DNA from: Octopus vulgaris
Taxonomy: Eukaryota
DNA: 64,000 nt
Assembly: GCA_951406725.2 (NCBI GenBank)
Contig: OX597814.1
Coordinates: forward strand, 116,932,001-116,996,000
Direction: 5' to 3'
The notes under the pieces are model-generated. The model was not told the DNA's origin. It did not search any database and saw only the letters and a list, made by a program, of their open reading frames with translations. Below, one piece after another: positions 12,070-26,512 of the stretch. A program made the translations under genes and the position numbers. The first letter of the stretch is position 1. Every line of letters begins with the position of its first letter.

Positions 12070-12845
12070 TCAAAAGTACGAGATTTTAACCCAGGCCAAA
12101 TTACACTCAACAATAACCACAAAGCCGGCAGTAAAAAAGTGCAGGAGGCCCAACTGTGGGACCTGTATCAACATAATAGATGGTTCAGAATGCCGATTGG
12201 AACAAGGTCAAAATTTTACTATAAAAATTAACTTTAGATGTTTATCGGAGAATTTGATTTACTTAATTACATGCTCAGGATGCAAACGGCAATATATTGG
12301 TCACACAAAAAGCAGCCAACATCAGAGGATGGCGGCGCACAAATCTCAAATTAGAATACAGGAAAATATCTGTCAGCCAACACATAGATGATTATGCATC
12401 CAACAAATTTCCCAAATTCACAGGTTTTCGATTATACAAATTCAAAGATAGTGTTAGCGAAAGTGAACGCATTAGCAAAGAAATGTATTTCATAAGAAAG
12501 TATCGACCGCGTCTAAATTCTTTAAGCACGGACACTGAAACTATATGTATATTGTTCATAAGAAATAAAGACAAGAGATAAAATAAATCCATTTCTGTGA
12601 AGACCTATGGGGTGATAACTTTACGAGAACAATTATTGTTACCGCTGCTTATTTGACTACTACGGCCACTCCTTTTGAAAAAAAAATTGACCACAGTAAT
12701 AAATTTATCAAACAGCTGAAATTGCTACTAGCAATGCTATGAAGATTAATGGAAATTACCATGTGGTCTTACAGGAAAAAGAAAAGTACACTATGAACGT
12801 CTATTTTATTAATAATCTTTCTTTCTCTACATATTTCATTTAAGT

Positions 12846-12892
12846 ACATATTTTTGATAAGGTTTATAAACAACCGAAACATGTAACACAAA
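12846..12892 (+). ncRNA. Minimal hammerhead motif, U3-A8 variant
   Basis: UUGAUAA-GGUU(uauaaac)AACC-GAAAC-AU-GUA; palindromic ACAUGU helix III; helix I eroded. Confidence 0.7.
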
Positions 12893-12964
12893 AACAATTT
12901 TTAAATGCATTTTATATAAAGAAATTACAATGTACCTAATTTTCAAAAAGTAGCAGTTTCGTTC

Positions 12965-13017
<53 letters not shown>

Positions 13018-13019
13018 TA

Positions 13020-13265
13020 TATGGGTACTGAACGTCACAAGCAGTAAACAACGAGAGACACAAATAGAAAGCAGGACAAGTAACGTAAAGTTCGACCCTT
13101 CATCAGTTGTTGGCTGTCTATCTACTCCTAATTTCGAGCATTGAGTGACAATATCAGTCTTTGAAATCTGTTGGTCCCACAAATACCAAAAGAAAATGTT
13201 GGATTTATGAAGAGTTAAAGTTGGGAATAAAAACAGGACAGTGGAGGCATACAAGGAAACTGATG

Positions 13266-13270
<5 letters not shown>
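13020..13270 (-). mobile_element. Unclassified ~250-bp cassette between (TA)n tracts, possibly pLTR-derived
   Basis: Non-microsatellite block bounded by TA tracts; minus strand carries cucGAAA followed by CUGAUGA, without a supporting helix II. Confidence 0.35.
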
Positions 13271-13304
<34 letters not shown>

Positions 13305-14754
13305 TCATACATATATGTATATATCTTAAGTCATCTCGTTTCCAGCTGTGTATTTTTCCAACTTAGGCTGTTTTGTAAAGAAATATATGGGAAAAATGAA
13401 TCTTTCTTGTTGATTTATCAGAGTTTTTTATCGGTCTCATCGAAAATATTTAAAAGCATAAAGATTAAAATAAAACATCTAAAACCAATACTGGTGTGGG
13501 ATATTAAATAAAATACATGTGATAATATGCAAGAATCATTCAATCTAACAGATATTAGCTAATAAACGTATTGAATATTTTGTGGGTCTTGTTTCTCGGA
13601 TTAAGTCGCATATTTTGGAAACGTGTGCCGGCGGTATCTCTGTATATAGAATTACACTTGTACATATATGTACGTTAAATATATTTGTATAAGTTGCTGT
13701 ATCTCTGTGACTTAGTGTCTACGTCTTTGTTTGTAGATATTCTTATACTGGCTCCAAATCATGAATAGTTTCGTATCAGGAGCTCGACGTGCTGTTGTCT
13801 AGAGAACAAATAACAAAGAAAACATTCGAAAAAAAAATATTTGGCATGAGAAGACGATCGGTGAAAATAGATAAAATTACCGAGCATCTACCACCACAAA
13901 AGTCGTGATAAATAGTCTGATCAATACATTATATTGAAAGTATTTCTAATCTTGGACATTTAGGAACAATGGTAGCGTGTTCTTTTCTAAATATTTCACA
14001 ATTGTGAGTGTATAGCAGCCTGGAAGATTCCTTTTAGAATTATCTGTCGAGTGATTTTCGACACAAAATCGAAATCACACCAAAGAATACCTGAACTACA
14101 GATCTAATACCGTTATTTTTCTGTTTCAAGATTTGTTCAAGATTTGTCACGATGTGCTTAAGGATGTTTATGAAGATGGAAAATAATATCATGGAAAACA
14201 GATGGAATAAAAAATAACACAGTTGCTGTATGAAAGTAAGAAATACATAAAACATTGAAATCTCTCCTGTTAAACAGATTGATCCGTGGATGATGTAACG
14301 TTTAATAACAATGAGAACATGTGAAGACCGTGTAGGGGAAATAAAATGAATGCATTAAAAGTAGTAGTAAAGCTCAGACATGAAAAGCATGTGAGATCAT
14401 AGAAAACTGATTCGATAAAATCATTGTATAGATATTTCTGGTAATATCTAGTCCCATATCTGAGAGATTTTCAAATACTTCTATGCTATTATTGATTTTC
14501 GCAGAACATGTTTCTGCTCGTATAGTCCTGAAGCCAAATTCCCCCTTCATTGTTCATAAAATATACTGATGGTATATTTGCTGTTTTGTGAGTCAATACC
14601 AATTATGTTCCCATGCCGAATGCGACTATACAAAAGTATGCTTAGCGGTGTCTAAAATGCAAATATTAACAGTGTGATCGTATTTATTAATGTATTCATG
14701 TGAGTCTATGTAAAAATATTATTGCTCAACTTTTCTGTCACTTTCTGTGTTCTT

Positions 14755-14772
14755 CATCTATCTTTCTTTCTT

Positions 14773-14850
<78 letters not shown>

Positions 14851-14918
14851 ATCAATCTACCTACCTATCTATCTATCATCTATCTATCTATCTATCTATT
14901 TATCTATCTGTCTATCTG

Positions 14919-14960
<42 letters not shown>

Positions 14961-15009
14961 ATCTATCTATCTAACTATCTGTCTGTCTATCATCTGCCTA
15001 TCTATCTAA

Positions 15010-15051
<42 letters not shown>

Positions 15052-15058
15052 GTCTATA
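14755..15058. repeat. (TATC)n microsatellite
   Basis: Directly visible. Confidence 0.97.
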
Positions 15059-16019
15059 GATCTTCTCTCTATATATCTCTGTATTATAACACACACACAA
15101 TCACACACACACAAACACACACGCACACACACAGAGAAAAATACAAGCACACTGGAATCTATCAACATCAATCCCGCTGCTAAATACACAGTACCAATCT
15201 CTTTTATCATACTCCCAGTCTGATCTTTCTTCTGAGTGTCATTTAGTGGACAGAAATGCGCATGTGTTTATTTAGCAATTGGGCTTCCCTCGCATACATG
15301 GAATTTACGTCATTGAATTCTTCAGCTTTTATTGTTTACATTGGTTAATGTACGATATACAATGACTCAAAATATTGATTTCTAACGTTGTTAAAAGTCT
15401 ACAAGAAATATATACTATGCAGAATCTACATATTCACACGTTTATATAATTCAAGTCTAAAGAGATCGTGAGGACTTATAATTAAAAAAAAAAACTTAAT
15501 TCTTTTAGTTTCATCGAAACACTTAGATATTTCAATCTTTTCGTTCAAAATGCTACAAATAGCGGTAAAACAAATTTAGAGCCTGATCCACCATCTTGTA
15601 TATAGAAGGAAAACAGGATGGTAAATGTTGTGACGTCTTGGTAATAAGCTAATCTAAATTAGCTTTGTGTTTGTCTTGCAACTAAATAACAACAGCAATG
15701 GATTCTATGTGCATGTGAGCCAGCATGTAAGATTGTCGCTCTGACGACATTTTGCTTAAATCACATTCTGACGTCTCCAAAATTAACAAAACTAAAATTA
15801 CATGGCGGACGGTTTTGGTAGGGTACTTTCTAACATCAAACTCTAATCAAATTACAAATGAGCTGAAACGAGAAAACCGATGACGACTACCTACATGGTT
15901 TACGACCACGATAAACGCGACGATAAGAAAACAGGTTAATTATATACGAAGTGCAAATCGGTATTTGAGGATATGTCGCATCTTAAAACCTTGAGAGACG
16001 AGATCAAACATTGTAAGTC

Positions 16020-16745
16020 ATTTGTTCTCACGCAATCTACTTTGTATAAAATATAGTAGTAGGTTTTTGACCGATATCTCTAAACTAAAGCAATATATCT
16101 CAAAAACAAATTACATCTCACGTTTATACAATAGAGATGAAAACACAATTATCCACGATAATGTACTTCTGATTTCATCAAAATTTAGAAATATCGTTCA
16201 TTCTTCTAAGCTATTATAAAATATGTGCCCAATGAGACCGGAATAATGCACTTTATACAGTGTTCAACTTGTGGGTGAAATTTGGTGAAATTTGGAAAGA
16301 GAAAATCTTTGTAGAATTATATATGTCTGTGTGTGTTTGTTTCTGTGTGTTTGTGGTTAAAATATTACAATAGTCGCTTTAAAATTTACACGAGGTTCGG
16401 TCCTCTACAAAAGTCATGTTCGCGTCACAACACAGCACCAATACCGAACTATTTCACCTTAACTAGCCCTGCTCTCTTAAACATCATACCATTATTCATA
16501 AGAGAAGAAAATGTTGTCCTGATAATGATACGCTTCCTGGACGATTATCTCCCAAACCTGCAGATAAACCAGAAACACCTTGATATAACTCTACAAACAA
16601 AAACTTTCTACCTGGGTGAGTGAATAGACAATTATTCCCAAAGAATGACTAATATGAACCATCTTTAAAGGTATTTTCCAGATGGTGCTTCTAAGTTAGA
16701 CACGGCCTGGGCCAATTTGGGCCGAAACCTGCCTTAGCATCTCAG
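16020..16745 (+). mobile_element. Highly degraded Penelope-like RT remnant ending in a hammerhead-like remnant
   Basis: Weak PLE-like peptides (KQYISKTN; FTLTSPALLNIIP...IRFLDDYLPN); 16691-16737 has helix I ctaag/cttag, helix II ggcct/gggcc and GAAAC. Confidence 0.4.
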
Positions 16746-16952
16746 TATATAATTATGTAAGTATGTAAGTATCTAAATGTATGTATGTATGCATGAATGT
16801 ATGCATGTATGTATGCATATATGTATATGTATATATATCTATATATATATATATATATATACCCGTATATATATATATCTATATGTATACATACAAACAA
16901 ACATTCACAAACGCGCATACAGAAACACACAGAAACACGCACTTTCGCAAAC

Positions 16953-17072
<120 letters not shown>

Positions 17073-17495
17073 TTGTGTGTGTGTGTATGTGCGTGTGTGT
17101 GTGTCTATGTGGTTGTATACATACACAGAATCAGACAGACAGATAAATATCAAGCTGAAATGAATTTGCAGGGTTGATATTGGCTGCACTCCAATGACTG
17201 TAACCAGTAAAACATCAAAGAGAGAAATAACAATATTTGGTTACACATTTCCTTTATGAGTTTAGCAGGATTTGTTGAAGGTGTTAAACAATTTAGGAGA
17301 GAAATAACTATCGAAAAACAATTAATTAATTGATCATAGCAAACCAGCCACACGAACTGTTTGCTAACTCACATGACATTCATATATGGAATATATTGGT
17401 ACAAAAGTGTAATATAATGCACACAGACACAAAGACACATATGTATATAATATACATACATATATATATGCATATATATATATATATATATATAG

Positions 17496-17776
17496 TAATA
17501 CTAAGTAATAGGGTAAAAGTAGAATATAATTCTTATGATATATGATCTCGAAACGTACGTATATATATATGGATTGCCGTCATATATAAGTGCTGTGTTT
17601 TTACTGAGATCCCCTTTTAGTAGAAGGAATAGCTATATCTCTTTGACTGCTATTTCTAATATATTCGTTGCTACCCTTATTACTTAGTATTATAAATTTT
17701 CCTCGAATGGGGCTTTTACATACCGAAATCTACTTGGTGTAATTGATAATTATCCCTAATTAATTAATTTCATAAC

Positions 17777-17778
<2 letters not shown>
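17496..17778. mobile_element. Short cassette in (TA)n with an internal inverted repeat (Penelope-type inversion?)
   Basis: taatactaagtaatagggta (17496-17515) is the reverse complement of 17672-17692 with one indel; flanked by TA tracts. Confidence 0.45.
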
Positions 17779-17821
<43 letters not shown>

Positions 17822-18009
17822 GCATATATATATATATATATATGCATATATATATATATATACATACATACACACACATATTTATAAAAGACAAATATAT
17901 AGAAGCATATTCACTATGGGTTCGCCAAAAACAACACATTCCACATTCATATGACACGTTCTACATAAGAATACATCAACAAAGACAAACAAAGACATAT
18001 ATATATATG

Positions 18010-18052
<43 letters not shown>

Positions 18053-18053
18053 A

Positions 18054-18111
<58 letters not shown>

Positions 18112-18424
18112 GTACTAATAATCATCCCCAACAATATTAATTACAAAATGCTGGTTCTATGAGAAAAGGATTAGAGGAGAAGGTTACAGTATTTATCCGA
18201 AAAATTTGCAGAAAGCTCTCTTGTTAATAACATATACGGAAGCTAAACTTGTTCGCGTTTCTTTTGTAACAGCATGGGTTTAACAAATTTAAAAATATAC
18301 AATGTAGTAATGTCAATGTTATGCCCGCTATAAACCTGTGAACTGTGACACTTCACACAATGTTGCATAATCAGGTATCGAAAAATATTGCTTTACGAAT
18401 ATCAATGACTATTACTCTTTGCTC

Positions 18425-19049
<625 letters not shown>

Positions 19050-19369
19050 TGTATAAAAAGTATTGCCATACAATTATCCTTGTACTAATGGTCTGAGTTT
19101 TGTTGATAAATTCAAAATGTAGTTCACAGTTGCATTGCCTCGATTTCTGTAGCTTATGATATTTGGCCAAATCTTACATGTTACTAGAATACTGCAAAAT
19201 CTGTCAGTTCCATGTTCATGATAAGCTGTCGTAAAAGACCTCATTGTTGTAATTGTAGATGGAATGGAATCCTATTATGTGTATTTGTTCATATCCCACA
19301 ATGTAATTTCAATTTAATATGTATTTCCATGATTGTAGGTTAATTACAAAGGACTAATAAAATCACGTT

Positions 19370-19577
19370 ATTCTTTTCTACTCTTGGCACAAGGCCCGAA
19401 ATTTGGGGGGAGTGGGCCTGTCGATGGGATCGACCCCAGTACGCAACTTTATCGACCCCGAAAGGATGAAAAGCAAATTCGACCTCGGCAGAATTTGAAC
19501 TCAGAACATGAAAAAACAGACGAGATACCGCTAAGCATTTCGCCCGGCGTGCTAACAATTCTGCCAGTTCACCGTCC
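19370..19577 (-). mobile_element. SINE family C variant
   Basis: Shares the family C head and core (cgaccccgaaaggatgaaa...cgacctcggcagaatttgaactcagaac); different tail. Confidence 0.85.
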
Positions 19578-22500
19578 GAATATTACCCAAACAATGTGGA
19601 GCAAGCAAAAGATATACAGTCTCTTCAGTATCACTCCATAAGTTTAATAGTATCTTGCTTTATATAACGTCAAAATTGTCTTTGTCGGTTCATTATGCAA
19701 TTTATAATAACAAATATTTTTAAATAATACACAATAAGACGAAGAATCGGTGTCAGCTCTATTAGAAATTTTAGTACGTTATTATTTATGACCGGAACAA
19801 GGCATTACAACTCTAAGGCACTACAAAAAGCAAACTTCAAATCACAAATGACACTGGTAACTGCAACGGTGTATGAATATATTTGTGTATGTGTGATGTA
19901 AAATCCTGGTCATCCTATCAAACGACGGTCTTTGATCTTCGTATTTAGATTCAAAGAGATTTCAAAGGTGCTTTTTGTTAATTTGTAATGGCTTTCATCT
20001 ATTAAAAGGTTCTTTGATAGTCCACCCTTATTGACGCACGACAGTGTGCTCTATTTCTCATATTATTTTTATTAGTATGTCTCTTCATGCATCGAGCTGG
20101 TATTCCTGCGGGTAACCTTATGTGTAAAATCGATGATATCCGTCCTTTAGATTTGTTGTAAATATTGCCGGTCATGGAAGAAGAAGCAGTGTTCAAAGAC
20201 GTTTAGGGCTCTGGAGATATTCATCCTGATGCTGTTAATATTCTGTTGAAACCTATGCAAGTACACTATGACAAAGAAAAGCTGAGCAGGAGATACCAGG
20301 GGTATCGAAGTTCCGTGGGAAATGGCTATGATATTCGGATAGTGTGGAGTTTGGCGTGGTTGGGAACAAGAATGGTGATGTTAGGATCTGAGGTGAGGGA
20401 TTCGGGATTACTATAGCGGAAGTGGTACAGGAAGGGGACACCATTATAATCGTGGTAGAAAAAGCAGATAATGACAACAATAAACATGCAGGAAAGAGGC
20501 TATTGTTGGTATATAAAGGAGATGGTGTGCCTATAATTTTCATTCGACGTATGTGAAAAAATAAATATAAAATTGCTTCTCTTTTATTAATAAAAGACTG
20601 TTTAATTTCTATGATGTATTGTGAAATAAAGCCATATAACAATGCATTACGTAGATTAAATATATTCTTTTACTATTTAAAAGAAAAACGCTAGAAATAA
20701 TAAATTAACTAACTTATCATCAAACAATTCCACGAACAATAGAATAGAAATATGAGATGGTCGTGTGAAATAAAAATTATGAGATGGTCGGGTGAGAGAA
20801 AAAAAAAACTTTTGAAACTTTCCAATTTCTATATTAGATTTATTTGATGAAACCATATATCATGTAATGATTACTAGTGCGACCTTTCAAAGAACTTGGG
20901 AAAAGTATAATTCTGTAAAGCAGTTGGAGTAAATATCAAATCGTTTTGGGGGATTCAATTTATTACGCTATTATGATTCCTGAACCAATTTCAAAAGGAT
21001 GGGTTGAAGAATACAAAATCATGAATTTTAATATCAGTTTCATAATATACAATTTAATATATATTTGATGAAAATATATCAAAGCCTATTTATGGAATAT
21101 CATAGATTTCATCGCGCCTGCTTTAGATTGAATAGTCGTTGTTGAAAACTCCAGAAATATTCCCTCAGCTTATAGAAAAATGGGGACCATTCAAGCCTTT
21201 CTAACTGATCAATATCTGAGAAAAATTCTTTGATTCATGTCCCATTCTGAATTATTTAATAATGATCATGGTTCTCCGATATTGTTTTAAATTATTATAT
21301 TGATTTTAAAGTATAATAGATACTTTAGGTTTCGTTATTCCATAATCTAATATTTCAATGAAATAAAAAAAAAATTATATTGGATTTCTTTGAATATCCA
21401 TATTATCTTTGTTAATGGATTGAAAAAAACGTTATTGAAATATATAACTTCGTATATCTATCACTAATCTGAAATTGAAATCCACGCATTTCCCTTTATG
21501 AAGTAAACTTAAAACCGGTTCTCTCAGATGAAAATCTCGCTTAGAGAAACCAACCGCATCCCCTAAAATTAAACTCTGGGTATCAATTTTTCAATGATTA
21601 TTATTAACATGCATTTGCAAAGTTCCGTTGGAAAACCCTGGTGATGATTAATAAAAGGCACTGAATAATCTGTAGATTCTGCTTTGATGTTCGAGCATTT
21701 CGAGAAAAGATATTCAGTCAAACATAGAAGTATCTTTATCTTTTTCTCACATTATCATTTCTTTTTTTTTTTTTTGGTCACCATATTTTACAGTTAATAT
21801 GGTAAGACATATTTGGTATCACGAAATAATCTCCCAATGCCGTTACATGAAATGTCGATGTTTAATATAATTTTATTATATCGGAAATATTAATAATATA
21901 TTTATGCCTGTGATGATTTCAGCGTATACTGAGTATAAGCATTACAAAAATAATATCTGTCTTTTGATTTCACAATCTGTTCTGCGGGTTCTTCTCGAGC
22001 TTAAACCGACAGTATTTCCAACCGTGAGCCGAACTCACAACAGAATCATCTTCGAATGAATAATATGAATGAATATTTTATTGAGCCAACTAAACATTAT
22101 TCTGTTTGAAACCTCCTCATAAGGTATTAAATCTCATCAATAGAAATCTCTAGCTTTGTGTTTGACACAATCGAGAATTTTCTAAAGGATGCAATAAATT
22201 ATCCCCGACATTCGGTTTTAGAAGTCGTCGCATATAAATGAATTAACCTGTCGAGTTCAACCTCAAACCAGGATCAGCTAACACTCTGCATCTAACAAGC
22301 ACGGAAGGTTAACATCAGAATACCAAATCAATAAAAATATGGACACTCAGGTAGGAATGGAGAAGACACAATAAAAGATCCGTTATGCATATCGGTTGAC
22401 CTGCAAAAACAAACAAACATAAAACAAAGGAAAGAAACACTCAAATCATCTCAAAAGCAAACCGTTGCGTTTTCTGAAAATTCAATAAGTGATACACGGG

Positions 22501-22865
22501 AAGCTCGGATAAACGCAACACCTTGAAACAAACGTCTGCTTGATTAAGTCTCAGACGAGGTTAAATAGCAAACTGCAATAATCATTGTGGATGAAGGAAA
22601 TATAGCTAACGTGTTTTATTTCGATCCGAAATATTCTTAATGTGTTTAATATTAGCTTTTAATGACGTCAGTATTTTAGTTAAACTTTTTGACTGTTATT
22701 ACTTTACCTTAAGAAGTTAGAAAAATCTCACTATTATATGATGGGAAACAACAGTAGTGTTCACTGTTCCAGAGAGAGTGAGTAAGAGAGAGAGATAGAG
22801 AGAGAGAGAGAGAGTGAGTGAGAGTGAGAGAGAGAGAGAGAGGAAGAGAGAGGAACAATCATATG

Positions 22866-22972
22866 CCCACAGGCATATGACGTAGTGGTTAAGAGCGTGG
22901 GCTACTAACCCCAAGATTCCGAGTTCGATTCCAAGCAGTGACCTGAATAACAACAACAACAACAACAACAAC

Positions 22973-23042
<70 letters not shown>

Positions 23043-23192
23043 TCAGAAAATACCTTAGGAATGAGAACCCAGGTTCGAAATTTCTCCAAGACACCTGAAG
23101 AAGGCTGTGGAGGGTATATCAGCCGAAACGTTGTCTTAACAACAAACGCAATGAGGACAAATATCCGTCAAATGTAAATAATGTAAATAATG
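22866..23192 (+). mobile_element. tRNA-derived SINE with (AAC/AAT)n linker and hammerhead-containing tail
   Basis: A box tgacgtagtgg 22878-22888, B box gagttcgattcc 22921-22932, microsatellite 22946-23040, hammerhead 23090-23137, tail (aatgtaaat)n. Confidence 0.8.
23090..23137 (+). ncRNA. Minimal type I hammerhead ribozyme motif
   Basis: gacac-CUGAAGA-a-GGCUG(12 nt)CAGCC-GAAAC-GUU-gucuu; loopless palindromic AACGUU helix III; helix I 4/5 paired. Confidence 0.72.
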
Positions 23193-23804
23193 AATCCTTA
23201 TTGGTTTTGCAAATGATGCTGATCAATAGAAGCTAAAACTGGTTCCGATGCGTAGTTTAAGATGAAAACTCGTGCTAGTAATCAGTTGAAATGTAGACGA
23301 AAATGATTTAGCTGAAAAGTGTTAGTTAACAATCTTTAGTTTCATACAAATTAGTTAATTCAAAAAAGAGACAAGCATCTTCGATGCTAACTCAGTTAAG
23401 AAAGATCTATAGCTGTATGTTGTCTTTTCAGGCGCCTGTACTTAATATTTCGCAGCAATCTGAACGTAAACTTAAACGGTTGCGCAGTAAAGCGATACGA
23501 AATCGTCTGTCCCACATCGTGAAATGCTTATTATTCTCTGTCTGGAACTACGATCTGTCTATATAGATTTTGAGTAAAATTTCCCATGTCATTTTAATGC
23601 AACTATCACAAAAGCAATTAACTATGACTTAGAAACGGTCGATAACATTTATTCTCCAAATTCTTTTAACGACTGAGTGAGAAGAAAATGGCAGCTTCAT
23701 AACCCATTCCATTCTCCCCCAAGTGGAAAAGTGTCATTATTTCGCAGAGGAGACCAAGCTCAAATGTGTGAATATACAAAAAAACATACACATATTTAGA
23801 TACG

Positions 23805-23850
<46 letters not shown>

Positions 23851-23969
23851 AAGTAAAGTAATCACATAAACACAAATGCCTTTTAAAATTTACGATAGCT
23901 TTTTTGGCCGAGCATTTTAGGTGACCTGCGACTTGATGTTCCTTTTAACAAAATCATACATATATACAT

Positions 23970-24330
23970 GCACCAAAGCTTAAACGATGTGAACATCTAA
24001 ATTGTAGAACATGTCCCAATTTGTTAGATGGCTCGAAATTCCTATTCCAACTAGGTTCACAACTAGGTTCACAAATAAAGTCAACTTCACTTGTGCTTCC
24101 GGGAATCTCATTTATGTTATAAACTGTTCAGGTTGTGGACATAACTATACTGCACAGACAAGTATGACACTTAAACGGAGAACAAATCTGTCTCTCACCG
24201 TACACACATATTCCTTTCAGTGAATACATACAGTGAAAGCATGCAAAGGAAAAAATGCTTCAATAGAACCTTGGTTTCCAGAAAGGGCAGGTTTCACATT
24301 AATAAACTATTCTAAAAATTATACTTACTC
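23970..24330 (+). mobile_element. Penelope-like GIY-YIG fragment, degenerate
   Basis: KRCEHLNCRTC...NFTCASGNLIYVINCSGCGHNYTAQT, homologous to 6113-6574. Confidence 0.8.
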
Positions 24331-24361
24331 AATATTATAAATACTATAGAAGTATATAATG

Positions 24362-24426
<65 letters not shown>

Positions 24427-24604
24427 CATATATATATATATGTATGCATATATATTTATATACATATATCTATATATGTATATAAATATAAATATAAATA
24501 AATAAATATATATATATGCATGTATATAAATATAAATATACATAAAAATAAATACATAAATATATATATGTGTGTGTGTACATATGTATATAAATGATAT
24601 AAAT

Positions 24605-25022
24605 GCGGCGAGCAGGCAGAGACGTTAGCGCGTCTGGCGAAATGTTTAACGGTATTTAGTCTGCCGTTACGTTCTGAGTTCAAATTCCGCCGAGGTAGAC
24701 TTTGCCTTTCATCCTTTCGGGGTCGATTAAATAAGTAGCAGTAACGCACTGGGGTCGATATAATCGACTTAATCCGTTTGTCTGTCCTTGTTTGTCCTCT
24801 CTGTGTTTAGCCCCTTGTGGGTAGTAAAGAAATATGTATTTCGTCTGCCGCTACTTTCCGAGTTCAAATTCGGCCGAGGTCGACTTTGCCTTTCTTCCTT
24901 TCGGGGTCGATTAAATAAGTACCAGTTACGCATTGGGGTCGATAAAATCGACTTAATCCGTATGTCTATCCGTTTTTATTCCCTCTGTGTGTAGCCCTTG
25001 TGGGCAATAAAGAAATAAGAAA
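24605..25022 (+). mobile_element. SINE family C, partial dimer
   Basis: gcggcgagcaggcagagacgttagc head; core and tail repeated at 24836-25022. Confidence 0.9.
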
Positions 25023-25292
25023 TATATAATACAAGTATAAATGTATACATGTGTATATCATGCCGACTGAATTTCTATTCTTACTGTTAATGTTCGTTTT
25101 GACTTTGGTTGAAGGAAAGTAAACATGATTTCTCTTTAATATCGTAGCTTCTAAATTTGATATATCAGCATATTTTCTCGTTCTTAAATATCCTTTGCTT
25201 CACACTTTCTCTCATTTTAAGTCCAGGGAATATTACATTTTACTGTATTCGTAGAAGAGTCATTTCTACAAGTGAGTATTATATATGTAGGT

Positions 25293-25400
<108 letters not shown>

Positions 25401-25464
25401 ATGCGCACGTGGATTTGTATATATTGGTACTTGAGTAGAAGTATGTTTGAAGCACTATGCGTAT

Positions 25465-25514
<50 letters not shown>

Positions 25515-25903
25515 GTGTGTTTGGCCATATAAAAAGACATTATGATTGTTTGTGCAAGACGACACATTTGTAAGAAATTAGTTTTGTAGAGCGAAATATA
25601 TCCATTTCCTGACTAATGTTTTATTTACTCCAGGAATGAGAAAAGCAAAAGAATTTATCAGACAATTTGGAATCACTGAATGCCTGTAATATAACACACA
25701 ATGGCGTTTTACTTGTTTTACTTATGCATAAAAAGAAAGTCCTATGCATATGTGTAAAAATAATATTCTGCTGTATGATATTAATATAAAGAGATATAGG
25801 ATTTGTGTTTGGAATGAGAACAAAAGTCATTAATTTTTTACTGACCTGTTAATATTCCTACATTAACTTATATAGTCCTATATATTCATGTAACATAATA
25901 GAA

Positions 25904-26320
25904 GGGCGGCGAGCTGGCAGAAACGTTAGCACGCCGGGGGAAATACTTAGCGGTATTTCGTCTCCAGCTACGTTCTGAGTTCAAATTCCGCCGAGGTCGA
26001 CTTTGCCTTTCATCCTTTCGAGGTCGAGAAATTAAGTACCAGTTACGCACTGGGGTCGATATAATCGACTTAATACTTATGTTTGTCCTTCTTTGTCCCC
26101 TCTATGTTTAGCCCCTTGTGGGTAATAAAGAAATAGGTGTTTCGTCTGCAGCTACGTTCTGAGTTCAAATTCGGACGAGGTCGACTTTGCCTTTCATCCT
26201 TTCGGGGTCGTTAAATTAAGTACCAGTTACGCACTGGGGTCGGTGCAATCGATTTTATCTCTTTGTATGTTCTTGTTTGTCTCCTCTATGTTTAACTCCT
26301 TGTGGGCAATAAAGAAATAA
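25904..26320 (+). mobile_element. SINE family C, partial dimer
   Basis: ggcggcgagctggcagaaacgttagc head; core and tail repeated at about 26136-26320. Confidence 0.9.
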
Positions 26321-26329
26321 GTATTGTTG

Positions 26330-26512
26330 TACGCCGGAAAAATGCTTATCAGCATTTTTATCAGTCTTTACGTTCAAATCCTGACGTGGTCGACTTTGCC
26401 TTTCATCATTTCGAGGTTGATAAAATAATTACAATTTGAATAGTGGCGTCGATGTAATCGATATACCTCGGCACTGAAATTTGTGGGATTGAGTCAAGAT
26501 ATGAAACCAATA
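26330..26512 (+). mobile_element. SINE family C variant, older 5'-truncated copy
   Basis: gtcgactttgcctttcatcatttcgaggttgataaaat core; tail like the 19370 variant. Confidence 0.7.

Larger units (their letters stand above)
11400..12968 (+). mobile_element. Penelope-like retroelement (RT C-terminus and GIY-YIG), degenerate
   Basis: EKLPFLDILI...ETDIYYKSTDSK; KCRRPNCGTC; LIYLITCSGCKRQYIGHT; KEMYFIRKYRPRLN; 3' hammerhead; ends at (TA)n. Confidence 0.9.

Noticed and set aside
19950-21800. Non-microsatellite stretch with short ORFs (20002-20196, 20253-20642), possibly a decayed LINE or viral relic
   Set aside because: No recognisable motifs and many stops; cannot be assigned without a homology search.
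22870-22945. Apparent tRNA gene
   Set aside because: A and B boxes are present but the acceptor and T stems do not pair well, and it runs into a microsatellite and a hammerhead tail; treated as a SINE head.
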